A DNA stretch of 64,000 nucleotides from Escherichia phage EcWhh-1, in sequence record MH791409.1; one strand, written 5' to 3'. Positions 17,376-25,929 of the stretch are shown here, piece after piece (position 1 is the stretch's first letter; each line of letters opens with the position of its first letter). The translations under genes were made by a program, and so were the position numbers. The notes under the pieces were generated by a model. The model did not search any database. It was given only the letters and a program-made list of their open reading frames with translations, and was not told the DNA's origin.

Positions 17376-17558
17376 TCATTTCACATTTTGTTTAATAAAA
17401 TTTAACAACTCTTTAAGAGCTTCATCTTCTTCTTTAGAAAGCCTGCTACATTCACTAGCTGGGTAATCATTGCAAAACGCAGTTTCAAATCTGGCCACTG
17501 CTCCAGCATATGACTCGATAAGCTCTTCAAGTTTTAAATGCTTTTCTTCGGTTTTCAT
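17376..17558 (-). CDS. Hypothetical protein, 60 aa
   Basis: ORF. Confidence 0.45.
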   Translation of the reverse strand: MKTEEKHLKLEELIESYAGAVARFETAFCNDYPASECSRLSKEEDEALKELLNFIKQNVK

Positions 17559-17561
17559 AAA

Positions 17562-17759
17562 TCACCGGTTGTGTTTTAAAATACTATAAAGCTCTTCGAC
17601 CTGGCTTGCGTTCAGACAAATCATATCATTTTCTTGTTGGAGCGTAATTCCACCTTTTTCTTCCCAATCTTTAACAAAGATGTCATCGTCAGACTCTTCA
17701 ACATCGGCCAAAAGGACGATAATACCGTCTTCAGAATTACCACTCGGATCGTATAACAT
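17562..17759 (-). CDS. Hypothetical protein, about 65 aa
   Basis: start moved to ATG 17759 with SD GAGGAAAC. Confidence 0.4.
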   Translation of the reverse strand: MLYDPSGNSEDGIIVLLADVEESDDDIFVKDWEEKGGITLQQENDMICLNASQVEELYSILKHNR

Positions 17760-17878
17760 TACAGTTTCCTCGCTAACCATGAAAAGAATAAACCAATTAA
17801 AACAGGCCCTACAGCCATTGTTAGCCAAGCCCAAGGTTCAAGATAGTAAATCATCTCATGCTCCTGTGCCATCAGCCA

Positions 17879-18061
17879 TTATGCTTTCAATTCTTCTAAA
17901 TAATCAACCAAAGCCTGTTTTGATTTAGCCAAATCTCGTTTACACCGTTCTATTCCAGAATATGAATAACCTTCACACATCTCAACCGCAAGGTCGTTAG
18001 AATCTCTTTCAATTTCAATAGCCAATTTAAGAATTTTTGCACACTGTTCAGTAGTTAACAT
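17879..18061 (-). CDS. Hypothetical protein, 60 aa
   Basis: ORF. Confidence 0.45.
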   Translation of the reverse strand: MLTTEQCAKILKLAIEIERDSNDLAVEMCEGYSYSGIERCKRDLAKSKQALVDYLEELKA

Positions 18062-18065
18062 AATA

Positions 18066-18302
18066 TCACCAGTATTTGTTGATAGTAGAAATTAATTCTT
18101 GGGCTTGGGCTGTATTCAGTTTACACCCACAACCCTTTAATGTGTCTTTAAGGAGCCACGGTTCCTTGAGCTCGTCCTTTTCCAGACGAATTCTGTATCC
18201 TCGATAATCGGCAAAGATACTTCGGTCGTCGAATATCTTAATCTCAAGGATACGACCATTGATTTCATATTCTAATGAAACCGTAGTACTTGTAAGTTTC
18301 AT
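18066..18302 (-). CDS. Hypothetical protein, 78 aa
   Basis: ORF. Confidence 0.45.
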   Translation of the reverse strand: MKLTSTTVSLEYEINGRILEIKIFDDRSIFADYRGYRIRLEKDELKEPWLLKDTLKGCGCKLNTAQAQELISTINKYW

Positions 18303-18315
18303 ACTGTTTTCCTCA

Positions 18316-18546
18316 TTAAATTTTTTCGAATAATGCTAAAGCTTTTTCGATAGCTACAGATTTAGTACCAATAACCATTTTAGGCTGGTATTGGAACTTA
18401 GTAGCTTCGTAAACTTCTAAACCGGTTACTTTACCATTTTGTTCGATAATAGCAAAGGTGGCGTTTTCAAAATCTTCAGCTTTAACTTTAAGTGCTTTAG
18501 AAGCTTTAGCGATATCGATAACTTTCAGGTTGGTGATGGTTTTCAT
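18316..18546 (-). CDS. Hypothetical protein, 76 aa
   Basis: SD GAGGAGAA + ATG; promoter cassette upstream. Confidence 0.5.
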   Translation of the reverse strand: MKTITNLKVIDIAKASKALKVKAEDFENATFAIIEQNGKVTGLEVYEATKFQYQPKMVIGTKSVAIEKALALFEKI

Positions 18547-18562
18547 TTTGTTCTCCTCATTA

Positions 18563-18603
18563 GTTGGTAGGTCTATAGTATCATGTTCCTAGAGGATGTA
18601 AAC
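18563..18603 (-). promoter_or_regulatory. Early promoter cassette (GTTTAC, 17 bp, TACTAT, TAGACCTACCAAC)
   Basis: minus strand GTTTACATCCTCTAGGAACATGATACTATAGACCTACCAAC. Confidence 0.55.
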
Positions 18604-18612
18604 ACCTAAACG

Positions 18613-18638
18613 AAAAAAGGTCCCACCGAAGTGAGACC
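18613..18638 (-). terminator. Rho-independent terminator (GGTCTCAC-TTCG-GTGGGACC + T6)
   Basis: minus strand GGTCTCACTTCGGTGGGACCTTTTTTCG just after stop of gene 18644-19027. Confidence 0.55.
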
Positions 18639-18643
18639 TTTGA

Positions 18644-19027
18644 TTATTCTAACGTCAGCAAATACTTAGTCTGGTAAAAGACGCCAGTGATATCGTCCAA
18701 AGTCGACTGGATGGCCTTGGGAAGGGTGTCATAGATTTTATCAGTTGCTTTAAGAAGCTCATCAAGGAAATCTACAGGGTCCTTAGGCAAGTCTGAAGCA
18801 GACGGTAATGATGCTTTATATTCTTTGCCACTGAATCCAAGATATTGCTCACTAAATTGGTCCAGAGGTCCTTGAACTTCTACATAATAGAAGTCATACG
18901 CTTTGTGTCTTGCATAGCTTTTGGTTTCTAAATGGGCTGACTTAAAATAGGCTAAAGAAACCAGTAGCCAACCAATATAAGAATCCACTTCAGACCCTCG
19001 ACCGGGTACGAAATCATTGAATTTCAT
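18644..19027 (-). CDS. Hypothetical protein, 127 aa
   Basis: ORF. Confidence 0.5.
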   Translation of the reverse strand: MKFNDFVPGRGSEVDSYIGWLLVSLAYFKSAHLETKSYARHKAYDFYYVEVQGPLDQFSEQYLGFSGKEYKASLPSASDLPKDPVDFLDELLKATDKIYDTLPKAIQSTLDDITGVFYQTKYLLTLE

Positions 19028-19307
19028 CTTCTACCTTCATTAGTTTTGCATAACGCTCTCCGATGGCACGACCTTCAATTGAGCATGCTTCTATAGTCCG
19101 ACAACTTGAATTCTTCCAGGAAGCCGTAACATAGGCCCAATAGTCTTCGGAGGCCTTTACGCTTGGTCTACTCATTTGCGCATAAACAGGCATCGCACTA
19201 CTAGCAAACGCGTCCATCAATTTATCATTGGTATCATTTGCTAGTGAAACTGAAGGGCCTAAACATCCCGCCATAAGGATACAAGCCGCTGTACGGAAAA
19301 TATCCAT
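19014..19307 (-). CDS. rI: Lysis-inhibition regulator RI-like periplasmic protein (signal peptide/lipobox LMAGC)
   Basis: 97 aa; N-terminal signal MDIFRTAACILMAGC; C-terminal CRTIEACSIEGRAIGERYAKLMKVEDE resembles T4 RI C-terminus; sits next to tk as in T4. Confidence 0.55.
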   Translation of the reverse strand: MDIFRTAACILMAGCLGPSVSLANDTNDKLMDAFASSAMPVYAQMSRPSVKASEDYWAYVTASWKNSSCRTIEACSIEGRAIGERYAKLMKVEDEIQ

Positions 19308-19399
19308 ACAAATGTCCTTTGTTGTTTTATACTATTTGCCTTTCGGCCTTAACCGATAGCGATTACCAAAAGCTAAAGCTCTACGGTTAGTATTATTAT

Positions 19400-19678
19400 T
19401 TATAGCTTTTTAAGCTTACGACAATAAGAATAGAACACGTCGTTAAAATTATATTCAACCCAATTCCTCTGTATAGGCGAGGTAATGGAAAGCATATAAT
19501 GCGCTTTAATTAAATCCATCCCATTTTTATTAGGACACTCTTTATTATTAGCATTATACGTCGCTGCTACAACCTCTATCTCTCTTTTGTAAGCCACATC
19601 ATCCATGATAGGCGAAAGAACAATATAAGAAATAGCCACAGCGAACGCTAGAATTAAAATCTTTGAATTTAGGTCCAT
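19400..19678 (-). CDS. Membrane-anchored protein, 92 aa
   Basis: N-terminal hydrophobic anchor ILILAFAVAISYIVLSPI. Confidence 0.5.
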   Translation of the reverse strand: MDLNSKILILAFAVAISYIVLSPIMDDVAYKREIEVVAATYNANNKECPNKNGMDLIKAHYMLSITSPIQRNWVEYNFNDVFYSYCRKLKKL

Positions 19679-19685
19679 AGTACCC

Positions 19686-20258
19686 TCAACTCGTTATTTC
19701 TATCCAGTGCTTCCTGCACAATGACACGTAAGAATCGTTGCCACCTATAGAAACTTGGGCTCCGTCCTTAATTGCGATACCATCTTGGATACGAGCCGTC
19801 ATAGTAGCTTTACGGCCGCAATGGCACACACCTTTGTACTCAACGAGTTTATCTGCCGTAGCGAGTAATTCAGCAGAGCCAGGAAACAGTTTACCCTGAA
19901 AATCAGTTCTTAGTCCATAGCACATAACTGGAACATTATAATTGTCTACTATCTTTGCCAGTTGTTTTATCTGTACAGGTTCTAAGAATTGTGCTTCATC
20001 CACAAACACACAGTGGATATCTTTTTGAGATTCAGCCCAACGATAGAACTCGTATAGGTCCATATCCGGAGTCACTGCATTAGCCTCTTGGCTAATCCCT
20101 ATACGAGATGAAATGCTATGGCTTGATTCTCTATTGTCTATCGCAGGCTTTAAAAGGAGTACGCCCATACCACGTTCTTTGTAGTTATGAGCGGCTGTTA
20201 GCAATGAAGCGGTCTTCCCGGAATTCATTGCTGCGTAGTGAAAATAAAGTTGGGCCAT
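19686..20258 (-). CDS. tk: Thymidine kinase
   Basis: 190 aa; YAAMNSGKTASLL P-loop, VFVDEAQFL, CHCGRKATMTAR zinc motif; matches T4 Tk. Confidence 0.92.
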   Translation of the reverse strand: MAQLYFHYAAMNSGKTASLLTAAHNYKERGMGVLLLKPAIDNRESSHSISSRIGISQEANAVTPDMDLYEFYRWAESQKDIHCVFVDEAQFLEPVQIKQLAKIVDNYNVPVMCYGLRTDFQGKLFPGSAELLATADKLVEYKGVCHCGRKATMTARIQDGIAIKDGAQVSIGGNDSYVSLCRKHWIEITS

Positions 20259-20267
20259 ATTACCTTC

Positions 20268-20453
20268 TTAAAGACTATTTACATAAGCTATTAATTCATT
20301 TTCTTTCTCATCAAATCGATTGGCAAATTCTTCCTGGTGTTCGGCATCTATAGGGCCATATTCATCATAAAAAGAATTTGCTTCTGCATGCTCATCCAAA
20401 AGCTCATGGATAAGCTCAAATAATTTATCTTTCTGTTCTTTACTCAGACTCAT
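20268..20453 (-). CDS. Hypothetical acidic protein, about 61 aa
   Basis: start moved to ATG 20453 (ATGA overlap). Confidence 0.4.
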   Translation of the reverse strand: MSLSKEQKDKLFELIHELLDEHAEANSFYDEYGPIDAEHQEEFANRFDEKENELIAYVNSL

Positions 20454-20662
20454 AACCATTGCACCTTTAAGCAATATTCTTCTACATGATGTTTACGTTT
20501 ATTTTTATCTATAAAAGTATATTCAACGTATTCACCGATATACCATTTATCGGTGTTGTGTTGACTTTTTATAGGGCATTTAGTTACTCGGGTTTCAGTC
20601 CAACGTCGAATAATTTCCGCTTTGTTTTTAGGGTCAAACGGATGTGGGTAATGGGCTTTCAT
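20450..20662 (-). CDS. Hypothetical protein, 70 aa
   Basis: ORF; overlaps macro gene 3' end by 29 nt. Confidence 0.45.
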   Translation of the reverse strand: MKAHYPHPFDPKNKAEIIRRWTETRVTKCPIKSQHNTDKWYIGEYVEYTFIDKNKRKHHVEEYCLKVQWL

Positions 20663-21101
20663 AATCTACCACCACTAAATTAATATCAGGAGTAAACAAA
20701 TTAATCAATTGATAAACCTTGTCCCAATCACCACCAGCAATACCACAACCGATACGAGGGATATAAATTCTTGGTTTAAACAAAAGACCCTTTGCGGTAC
20801 GGTTTAATTCTATCATACAGTTTACTAAAGCACCGTAATCAAGATTAGGACCTGGTTCGTATTGGGTGTATAAATTATAGCAAATTTGGCCCTTATTACC
20901 TGTGGCTTGAGTAAACGTGCCAAGTTTTTCCAAATGGCCTAAATAAGTGGTTTTATCGATAGCGAGAATAGGCGGATAAGCCTTAGCCAATTGTCCGGCT
21001 ACACCTGAACCCATTGTGTGGAAACAGTTGCACCCGTGCGCAACATTATTGCCTTGAAGAAACAGGGCGACGATATCGCCCTTAATATAATCAATAATCA
21101 T
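20634..21101 (-). CDS. Macro-domain (ADP-ribose-binding/processing) protein, 155 aa
   Basis: GNNVAHGCNCFHTMGSGVAGQLAKAYP resembles the macro-domain NAAN...GGGV.G.I ADP-ribose pocket; size typical of a stand-alone macro domain. Confidence 0.6.
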   Translation of the reverse strand: MIIDYIKGDIVALFLQGNNVAHGCNCFHTMGSGVAGQLAKAYPPILAIDKTTYLGHLEKLGTFTQATGNKGQICYNLYTQYEPGPNLDYGALVNCMIELNRTAKGLLFKPRIYIPRIGCGIAGGDWDKVYQLINLFTPDINLVVVDYESPLPTSV

Positions 21102-21454
21102 TTAGAGTTTAATCCTCGATTGTAAGAATCGACGAGTCTGTCTACCATAGACGCGCACATTTCTTTGTACTTTTTATCAGATGGAATACATTCAGTAACG
21201 TTTAGACGTTGCTCGTATCTTTTAGAAAGAGTTTTCTCTTTCATTCGGCGATGCTCTACGTCGTTCTGGCCATCTTTAAAAGCAGCTGTGATTTTTGAAC
21301 TGAATTCGATAACGCATTCAGTATTACTTGGATGACAATAATCTTTTGCTGTACGGGTAGCATACTCGACAATTGAATTATTGCTATCATCAACTTGTGA
21401 CGCTAATACTCCCGGAGCTATCAACATAAGCGCTATAGTCATCTGCTTAATCAT
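21098..21454 (-). CDS. Secreted Cys-containing protein, 118 aa (signal peptide)
   Basis: MIKQMTIALMLIAPGVLASQ signal peptide; four Cys in mature part. Confidence 0.5.
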   Translation of the reverse strand: MIKQMTIALMLIAPGVLASQVDDSNNSIVEYATRTAKDYCHPSNTECVIEFSSKITAAFKDGQNDVEHRRMKEKTLSKRYEQRLNVTECIPSDKKYKEMCASMVDRLVDSYNRGLNSK

Positions 21455-21994
21455 TTAATATACCGCCTCAAACATCTTTTTAGATTTTAGGTAATTGGCC
21501 TTTTCTAGAACTTCAGAAGCATATTTACTGCCTGCTTTGACGTTCCAGCCCGCATTATAAGAAGCAATCGCTTTTCTCAGGTCACCTTTGTGAACATCAA
21601 TCCAATAAGACAGTTCAATGTAGGCCCAAGAGGCACTGTTCTGTCGTTTTTGGACCATACGAATTATTTCTTTGTCTGACATCTTCCAACCTACCTGTTG
21701 AACACGACTTCTTAACGTAGGCAAGTAATTTTGGAACATGCCATAAGCATGGTGCTTATCTTTATTTAAACCTTGATTAATTCCGGCTGATGATTCCTGC
21801 CATAGTAATCCGGCCATGATATATCCTAATCCTTTTTGATTAGGGTTTTCTTTGAACTTTCCCGACTTTTGGTATTGTTCACCGAAAGCATACGCATAAT
21901 GTAAATTATCGAGTTGTTCATTACTGAAAGTAGGCTCTACGCTATAGGCAGACATACTAACTGTCAATAGTAAAGTGGCTAATACTTTTTTCAT
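21455..21994 (-). CDS. Secreted lytic transglycosylase (SLT-domain)-like protein, 179 aa
   Basis: signal peptide MKKVLATLLLTVSMSAYS; SLT-like motifs QESS, GMFQ, SYNAG. Confidence 0.55.
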   Translation of the reverse strand: MKKVLATLLLTVSMSAYSVEPTFSNEQLDNLHYAYAFGEQYQKSGKFKENPNQKGLGYIMAGLLWQESSAGINQGLNKDKHHAYGMFQNYLPTLRSRVQQVGWKMSDKEIIRMVQKRQNSASWAYIELSYWIDVHKGDLRKAIASYNAGWNVKAGSKYASEVLEKANYLKSKKMFEAVY

Positions 21995-22006
21995 GAGACC
22001 TCATTA

Positions 22007-22465
22007 TTAAAGATAGATTACTTTCGTGCTGGTTTTACCTTCTAAACGTTTAGAGTTAACAAATGCCATACGACATTTTAATGAATATCCTTTATCAGGA
22101 TGTTTACGATCTACGGTCATACCCAACCATAAGGTTTTATCGGTAATCTCGAGACGCAGCGGACGATACACCTTACCTGGGACAATTTCGGATTCTACAT
22201 CAGGCAGAGGTTCCTGGATTAAGAATTCATGGATTTCTTTAACATGGTTATGGAGTTGCTTGAATAAAGCAAAAACGTATTTTTCGTCGATTTCACGTTG
22301 GATAGCACGGTCCAACAAATGATTGGAGTACTTAATAAAGAAGGCTGGGACTCCGCTCTTAATGGCGGCTTTTTTGATGGACGCATTCAGTTCACGGAAT
22401 TCGGTTTCAAACTGACGACGTAATTTGTTGCGGCGGATGAATACTTCTGAATTAATTTCTGACAT
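22007..22465 (-). CDS. regB: Endoribonuclease RegB
   Basis: 152 aa; EVFIRRNKLRRQFETEFREL...HLLDRAIQREIDEKYVF...LEITDKTLWLG matches T4 RegB. Confidence 0.9.
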   Translation of the reverse strand: MSEINSEVFIRRNKLRRQFETEFRELNASIKKAAIKSGVPAFFIKYSNHLLDRAIQREIDEKYVFALFKQLHNHVKEIHEFLIQEPLPDVESEIVPGKVYRPLRLEITDKTLWLGMTVDRKHPDKGYSLKCRMAFVNSKRLEGKTSTKVIYL

Positions 22466-22471
22466 TTTGTA

Positions 22472-22522
22472 ATCTCCTGTAGTTGATAGGTTTATAGTAT
22501 CATGTCTACAGGAGATGTAAAC
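22472..22522 (-). promoter_or_regulatory. PeSL-like early promoter cassette upstream of regB (GTTTAC, 17 bp, TACTAT, stem TCTCCTGTAG/CTACAGGAGA)
   Basis: minus strand GTTTACATCTCCTGTAGACATGATACTATAAACCTATCAACTACAGGAGATT. Confidence 0.6.
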
Positions 22523-22526
22523 TGCT

Positions 22527-22736
22527 TTATTCTTGGAATGGGGTAAGTTTTCCAGCAGCTGAACAAATTTCTACCAGTACAGGGTAAAACTCTTTCACTT
22601 GTTCAAGGCGTTGGGCTGCATACTGTACTTCGCCTTCTTCGAGACAAGCCATTTGGTCGTCAAGCAAGTATTTGTGGTAACCAGTACAGGCTTCACCGAT
22701 GATACGTTGGAAATCTTGCAAACTTTCAATTTTCAT
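22527..22736 (-). CDS. Hypothetical protein, about 69 aa
   Basis: start moved to ATG 22736 (TGATG overlap). Confidence 0.4.
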   Translation of the reverse strand: MKIESLQDFQRIIGEACTGYHKYLLDDQMACLEEGEVQYAAQRLEQVKEFYPVLVEICSAAGKLTPFQE

Positions 22737-23014
22737 CAGTATTTTTCCTCGGGTTGGAAAACGGAACGACATGCCCACATGCTTGCTTCTTTCAAGCGTT
22801 CGATTGCTGTACGAATCTGGGCTAGGCGTTCATGGGTGAGGTTGAATTCTTCATCACTCATTTTATCAACACCCGAGCATGTAAAGGCTTCAACATATTC
22901 TTCTTCCAAGGCTTTAAAGATTAACCCTAATCGAACTTCAGCATCTTTAATCGCGTTCACTTTACCGATTTTATCGTCGGTATGCGGCTTATAACCCTTA
23001 ATATCTTCAATCAT
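22736..23014 (-). CDS. Hypothetical protein, 92 aa
   Basis: ORF. Confidence 0.45.
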   Translation of the reverse strand: MIEDIKGYKPHTDDKIGKVNAIKDAEVRLGLIFKALEEEYVEAFTCSGVDKMSDEEFNLTHERLAQIRTAIERLKEASMWACRSVFQPEEKY

Positions 23015-23229
23015 TTCGCTTCCTCATCAGATGCAATATCGTATTCAACTAAATGAATCCCATCATATCCACCACGAACAGAGATATATGTGCTAGGATA
23101 AACGGTTTCTTTACCGTTCCATTGTCCACCATTCCAACATTCCAAAAAGCCTTGTTCGCCCTGTTCGTGGAACCAGTCAACAAACATCTTCAGAGCTTCA
23201 TCAGAGCCTTCAATTGTCAATTTAGACAT
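23011..23229 (-). CDS. Hypothetical protein, 72 aa
   Basis: ORF. Confidence 0.45.
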   Translation of the reverse strand: MSKLTIEGSDEALKMFVDWFHEQGEQGFLECWNGGQWNGKETVYPSTYISVRGGYDGIHLVEYDIASDEEAK

Positions 23230-23518
23230 ATTTCTTCCAGTCAGAAATCATATAAATCTCTTGGTCATATGTCAAGAGACTACGAGTTATAATACCCTTA
23301 CAAGGCCCTGAGATGAACTCGAGGGTGAAGTAAGGAACCTGTTTCATTAATCGGATGCTCGGGGCATGACATCTAAAACGAGAGCCCTTAAAGGGCCCTG
23401 TCATGAATACATATTCTAATGGATAGAAATAAGCATACTCGAAATTTTTAGTAAGGTCCTCTCTTCGAACCTTACGTGAGAAATAACAGAACTCAAAAAG
23501 TTCTTCATCAGTCATCAT
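23222..23518 (-). CDS. Hypothetical protein, about 98 aa
   Basis: start moved to ATG 23518 (ATGA overlap with upstream stop). Confidence 0.45.
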   Translation of the reverse strand: MMTDEELFEFCYFSRKVRREDLTKNFEYAYFYPLEYVFMTGPFKGSRFRCHAPSIRLMKQVPYFTLEFISGPCKGIITRSLLTYDQEIYMISDWKKYV

Positions 23519-24042
23519 TGCATTCCTATCACAAAGAACAGAGGCAAAGGCTTGTCGCCTTGACACATAAATTTATTAATCATTACCTGGTAAGCTTCAT
23601 AGAACTTATCCATCGCCGGAAGGCGCATCGGCTCTTCGATAATAATCAATAATCGAGTAACAGATAGTCCACGATACTTATGGAAATTGTCTTCATCAAG
23701 GAAACTGCGCACAGTATCATAGACAACAAAACCAGGACCTTCGACTTGGAGATGTGGTTGTGCCTTAGAAACCTGTTTTATTACATTACAAATTTCCCGC
23801 GAGCGATGCGAAGAACTTGACATAACAATCACATCATTACCTTTGGAAACCCAATCAGCTGCGAACTGAGCAAGGGCACTTGTTTTACCTGTTTGGCGTC
23901 CGCCGTCAAGTCGAAGAGTACCAAACTCTTGCATTCTTGAAGCTGGTTCATACCAGGTGTATTGGTCTGAGTCTAAACGTTCAATGGCGCGTTCAGCGAA
24001 GGCGTGCATTAAGGTTAGATAAATGGGAGTTAAAAATTTCAT
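23515..24042 (-). CDS. P-loop-containing protein, 175 aa
   Basis: Walker-A-like GGRQTGKTS; SD AAGAGA + ATG. Confidence 0.5.
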   Translation of the reverse strand: MKFLTPIYLTLMHAFAERAIERLDSDQYTWYEPASRMQEFGTLRLDGGRQTGKTSALAQFAADWVSKGNDVIVMSSSSHRSREICNVIKQVSKAQPHLQVEGPGFVVYDTVRSFLDEDNFHKYRGLSVTRLLIIIEEPMRLPAMDKFYEAYQVMINKFMCQGDKPLPLFFVIGMQ

Positions 24043-24203
24043 AGTAGTCTCTTAGCGGTGGGGCCGTTCCTTGGCACATTAAGTCGTCCATGTATCCGTA
24101 TGTAAACCCTTTACCGCACTTGGGCTCGACCTTATTACAGGTAGGGAAAGGCCCATCACTCAGAGGACGCAACGTTCATGAGGAGAGGGTCGGCTTGCCT
24201 TTA

Positions 24204-24503
24204 TTAGAAAGAACCAGAACCTTTAATTGTGTTCTGACGACCTTTATTTTCTAATTCAGAGTGGTCGATTTCATATGCTTGTGCTACGCCAAAGGCCTTT
24301 TTAACTTTAGCTAAAGAACCTTTAGATGTAACAATATTAAAAGTATTACCTTTGGTAAAATCAACCAAATCGACTTGTACACCCTGTTTACCAAGGCTTG
24401 CTACAATAGCGTCAACATATTCTTGGTCTAAAGTGCCTTGGACTCCAATTTGAAATGCTTTAGGGGCTTTGGCTTCTGTAATAAATTCTTGATAAGTTTT
24501 CAT
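24204..24503 (-). CDS. Internal-protein-like capsid-targeted protein (CTS MKTYQEFITE), 99 aa
   Basis: N-terminal MKTYQEFITEA matches the T4 internal-protein capsid-targeting sequence with (I/L)-x-E cleavage motif. Confidence 0.6.
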   Translation of the reverse strand: MKTYQEFITEAKAPKAFQIGVQGTLDQEYVDAIVASLGKQGVQVDLVDFTKGNTFNIVTSKGSLAKVKKAFGVAQAYEIDHSELENKGRQNTIKGSGSF

Positions 24504-24545
24504 ATTATTCCTTAAGTTGATAGAAGTATTCTATCACGGATTTAA

Positions 24546-24962
24546 TTAAGCGTAAATAGCCTTACCATAATGTTTGTACCAGGTAGGGCGCTGTGCAATT
24601 TTTTCGTCTAAACGGGCTTGTGAAATAGCGATAGAAGCTTCGTGAGGAACATAATCACCACGGAATTCCTGAGGAATATCACTAATGTCCTGGACCGTAG
24701 TATCCTTGATATTAAAACCACGTTTTAAACATTCGGCTATAAGCTCAATTTGTCGCTTACGTAAAAATTCAAGCTTATCGTAAAAGAATGTAACATGGCC
24801 TGTGCCAAGGATAAAAGTAGGACTGATTTTAAAATCACGAACACGTTTACCGTTAGCAACATGCTTACGAACTGCACCGAAAACACGTGGTAATTCACGA
24901 TATTCAGCCATTAAGTGTTGGTCAGCCAATTCAGATACTAAGGTAAGGTTGATACGAGTCAT
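24546..24962 (-). CDS. denV: Endonuclease V (pyrimidine-dimer DNA glycosylase) DenV
   Basis: 138 aa; [53 protein letters not shown]... near-identical to T4 DenV. Confidence 0.93.
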   Translation of the reverse strand: MTRINLTLVSELADQHLMAEYRELPRVFGAVRKHVANGKRVRDFKISPTFILGTGHVTFFYDKLEFLRKRQIELIAECLKRGFNIKDTTVQDISDIPQEFRGDYVPHEASIAISQARLDEKIAQRPTWYKHYGKAIYA

Positions 24963-24970
24963 TTTTTAAT

Positions 24971-25020
24971 CTCCTGTAGTTGATAGGTCTATAGTATCAT
25001 GCCTACAGGAGAAGTAAACT
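24971..25020 (-). promoter_or_regulatory. PeSL-like early promoter cassette upstream of denV
   Basis: minus strand GTTTACTTCTCCTGTAGGCATGATACTATAGACCTATCAACTACAGGAGATT. Confidence 0.6.
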
Positions 25021-25418
25021 TATTTGTAAGTTTTCATCCAATTCTTAAACAAAGCTGCGACGTCTTTCTCTTTAACGTTCAATTTAACGTCCAGCATTTT
25101 GCCACCAGCGGCACGTGTCTGACGAATCTTAGCCGTACCGGTTTCGCCATTCCACTCAACATAATACTGTCCGGTGTTCATAGCGATACCATCGCCATAG
25201 TCTTCGTTCTTAGAAGTAGTGAATGCTAACTTCATGGTCTTAGAGACACGGGCCTGCATGCCTGTCTGCAGAGCGTTACGAACGCGAATAACCTGAGGAG
25301 TGGCCTGGGTAAGGTTCTCATTCAGTTCTTCAGTGAACTCTTCGGATTCAAACATCGCCAAAAGTTCTTTAGATGCAGGAATTACATTCTCTGCGATAAA
25401 TTCATTATAAGTTTTCAT
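25020..25418 (-). CDS. Internal-protein-like capsid-targeted protein ([13 protein letters not shown]), 132 aa
   Basis: N-terminal [11 protein letters not shown] leader. Confidence 0.6.
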   Translation of the reverse strand: MKTYNEFIAENVIPASKELLAMFESEEFTEELNENLTQATPQVIRVRNALQTGMQARVSKTMKLAFTTSKNEDYGDGIAMNTGQYYVEWNGETGTAKIRQTRAAGGKMLDVKLNVKEKDVAALFKNWMKTYK

Positions 25419-25899
25419 ATGCTTTCCAAGTACCTGTTTTAAATGTAGAAATCACGCGCTTAGCACGATTAGGAGTTTGTCTATACCAACGAGATTGAGC
25501 CAGGTTAACTGCCGCATCGTCCCAACGTTTCTGTTGGAGCATACGTAAAGAGTTAGTGAACCCTGCTACGCCTGCTTCACCCATTTGGAAGACCATGTTA
25601 ATTAAAGCACAACGACGAACTTCGTCCAGTACATCATAAACAGGTTTCAATTTAGGATTACGCAGAATAGCTCTACGAGCATTTTCAACCGATCGGTTAA
25701 AGAGTTGCTCAGCTTCAGCCATAGTAATACGACCGTTGCAAACTCGACCCATAAGCTTATCAAGTTCAGCGCGAGCAACATCTTTAGATGGGTTCTTGGT
25801 AATCAACTGGCCAATGCCAATAGTCCAATAACCTTCGGTGTCTTTATAAAGATTTAAATCAAGACCTTCGTCTTGACGTAACATATCAAAAATATCCAT
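25405..25899 (-). CDS. e: Endolysin (T4 lysozyme e)
   Basis: 164 aa; [23 protein letters not shown]...[30 protein letters not shown] matches T4 lysozyme. Confidence 0.95.
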   Translation of the reverse strand: MDIFDMLRQDEGLDLNLYKDTEGYWTIGIGQLITKNPSKDVARAELDKLMGRVCNGRITMAEAEQLFNRSVENARRAILRNPKLKPVYDVLDEVRRCALINMVFQMGEAGVAGFTNSLRMLQQKRWDDAAVNLAQSRWYRQTPNRAKRVISTFKTGTWKAYENL

Positions 25900-25929
25900 A
25901 ATACCTCCTGAGTATAGGAGGTATTTATA

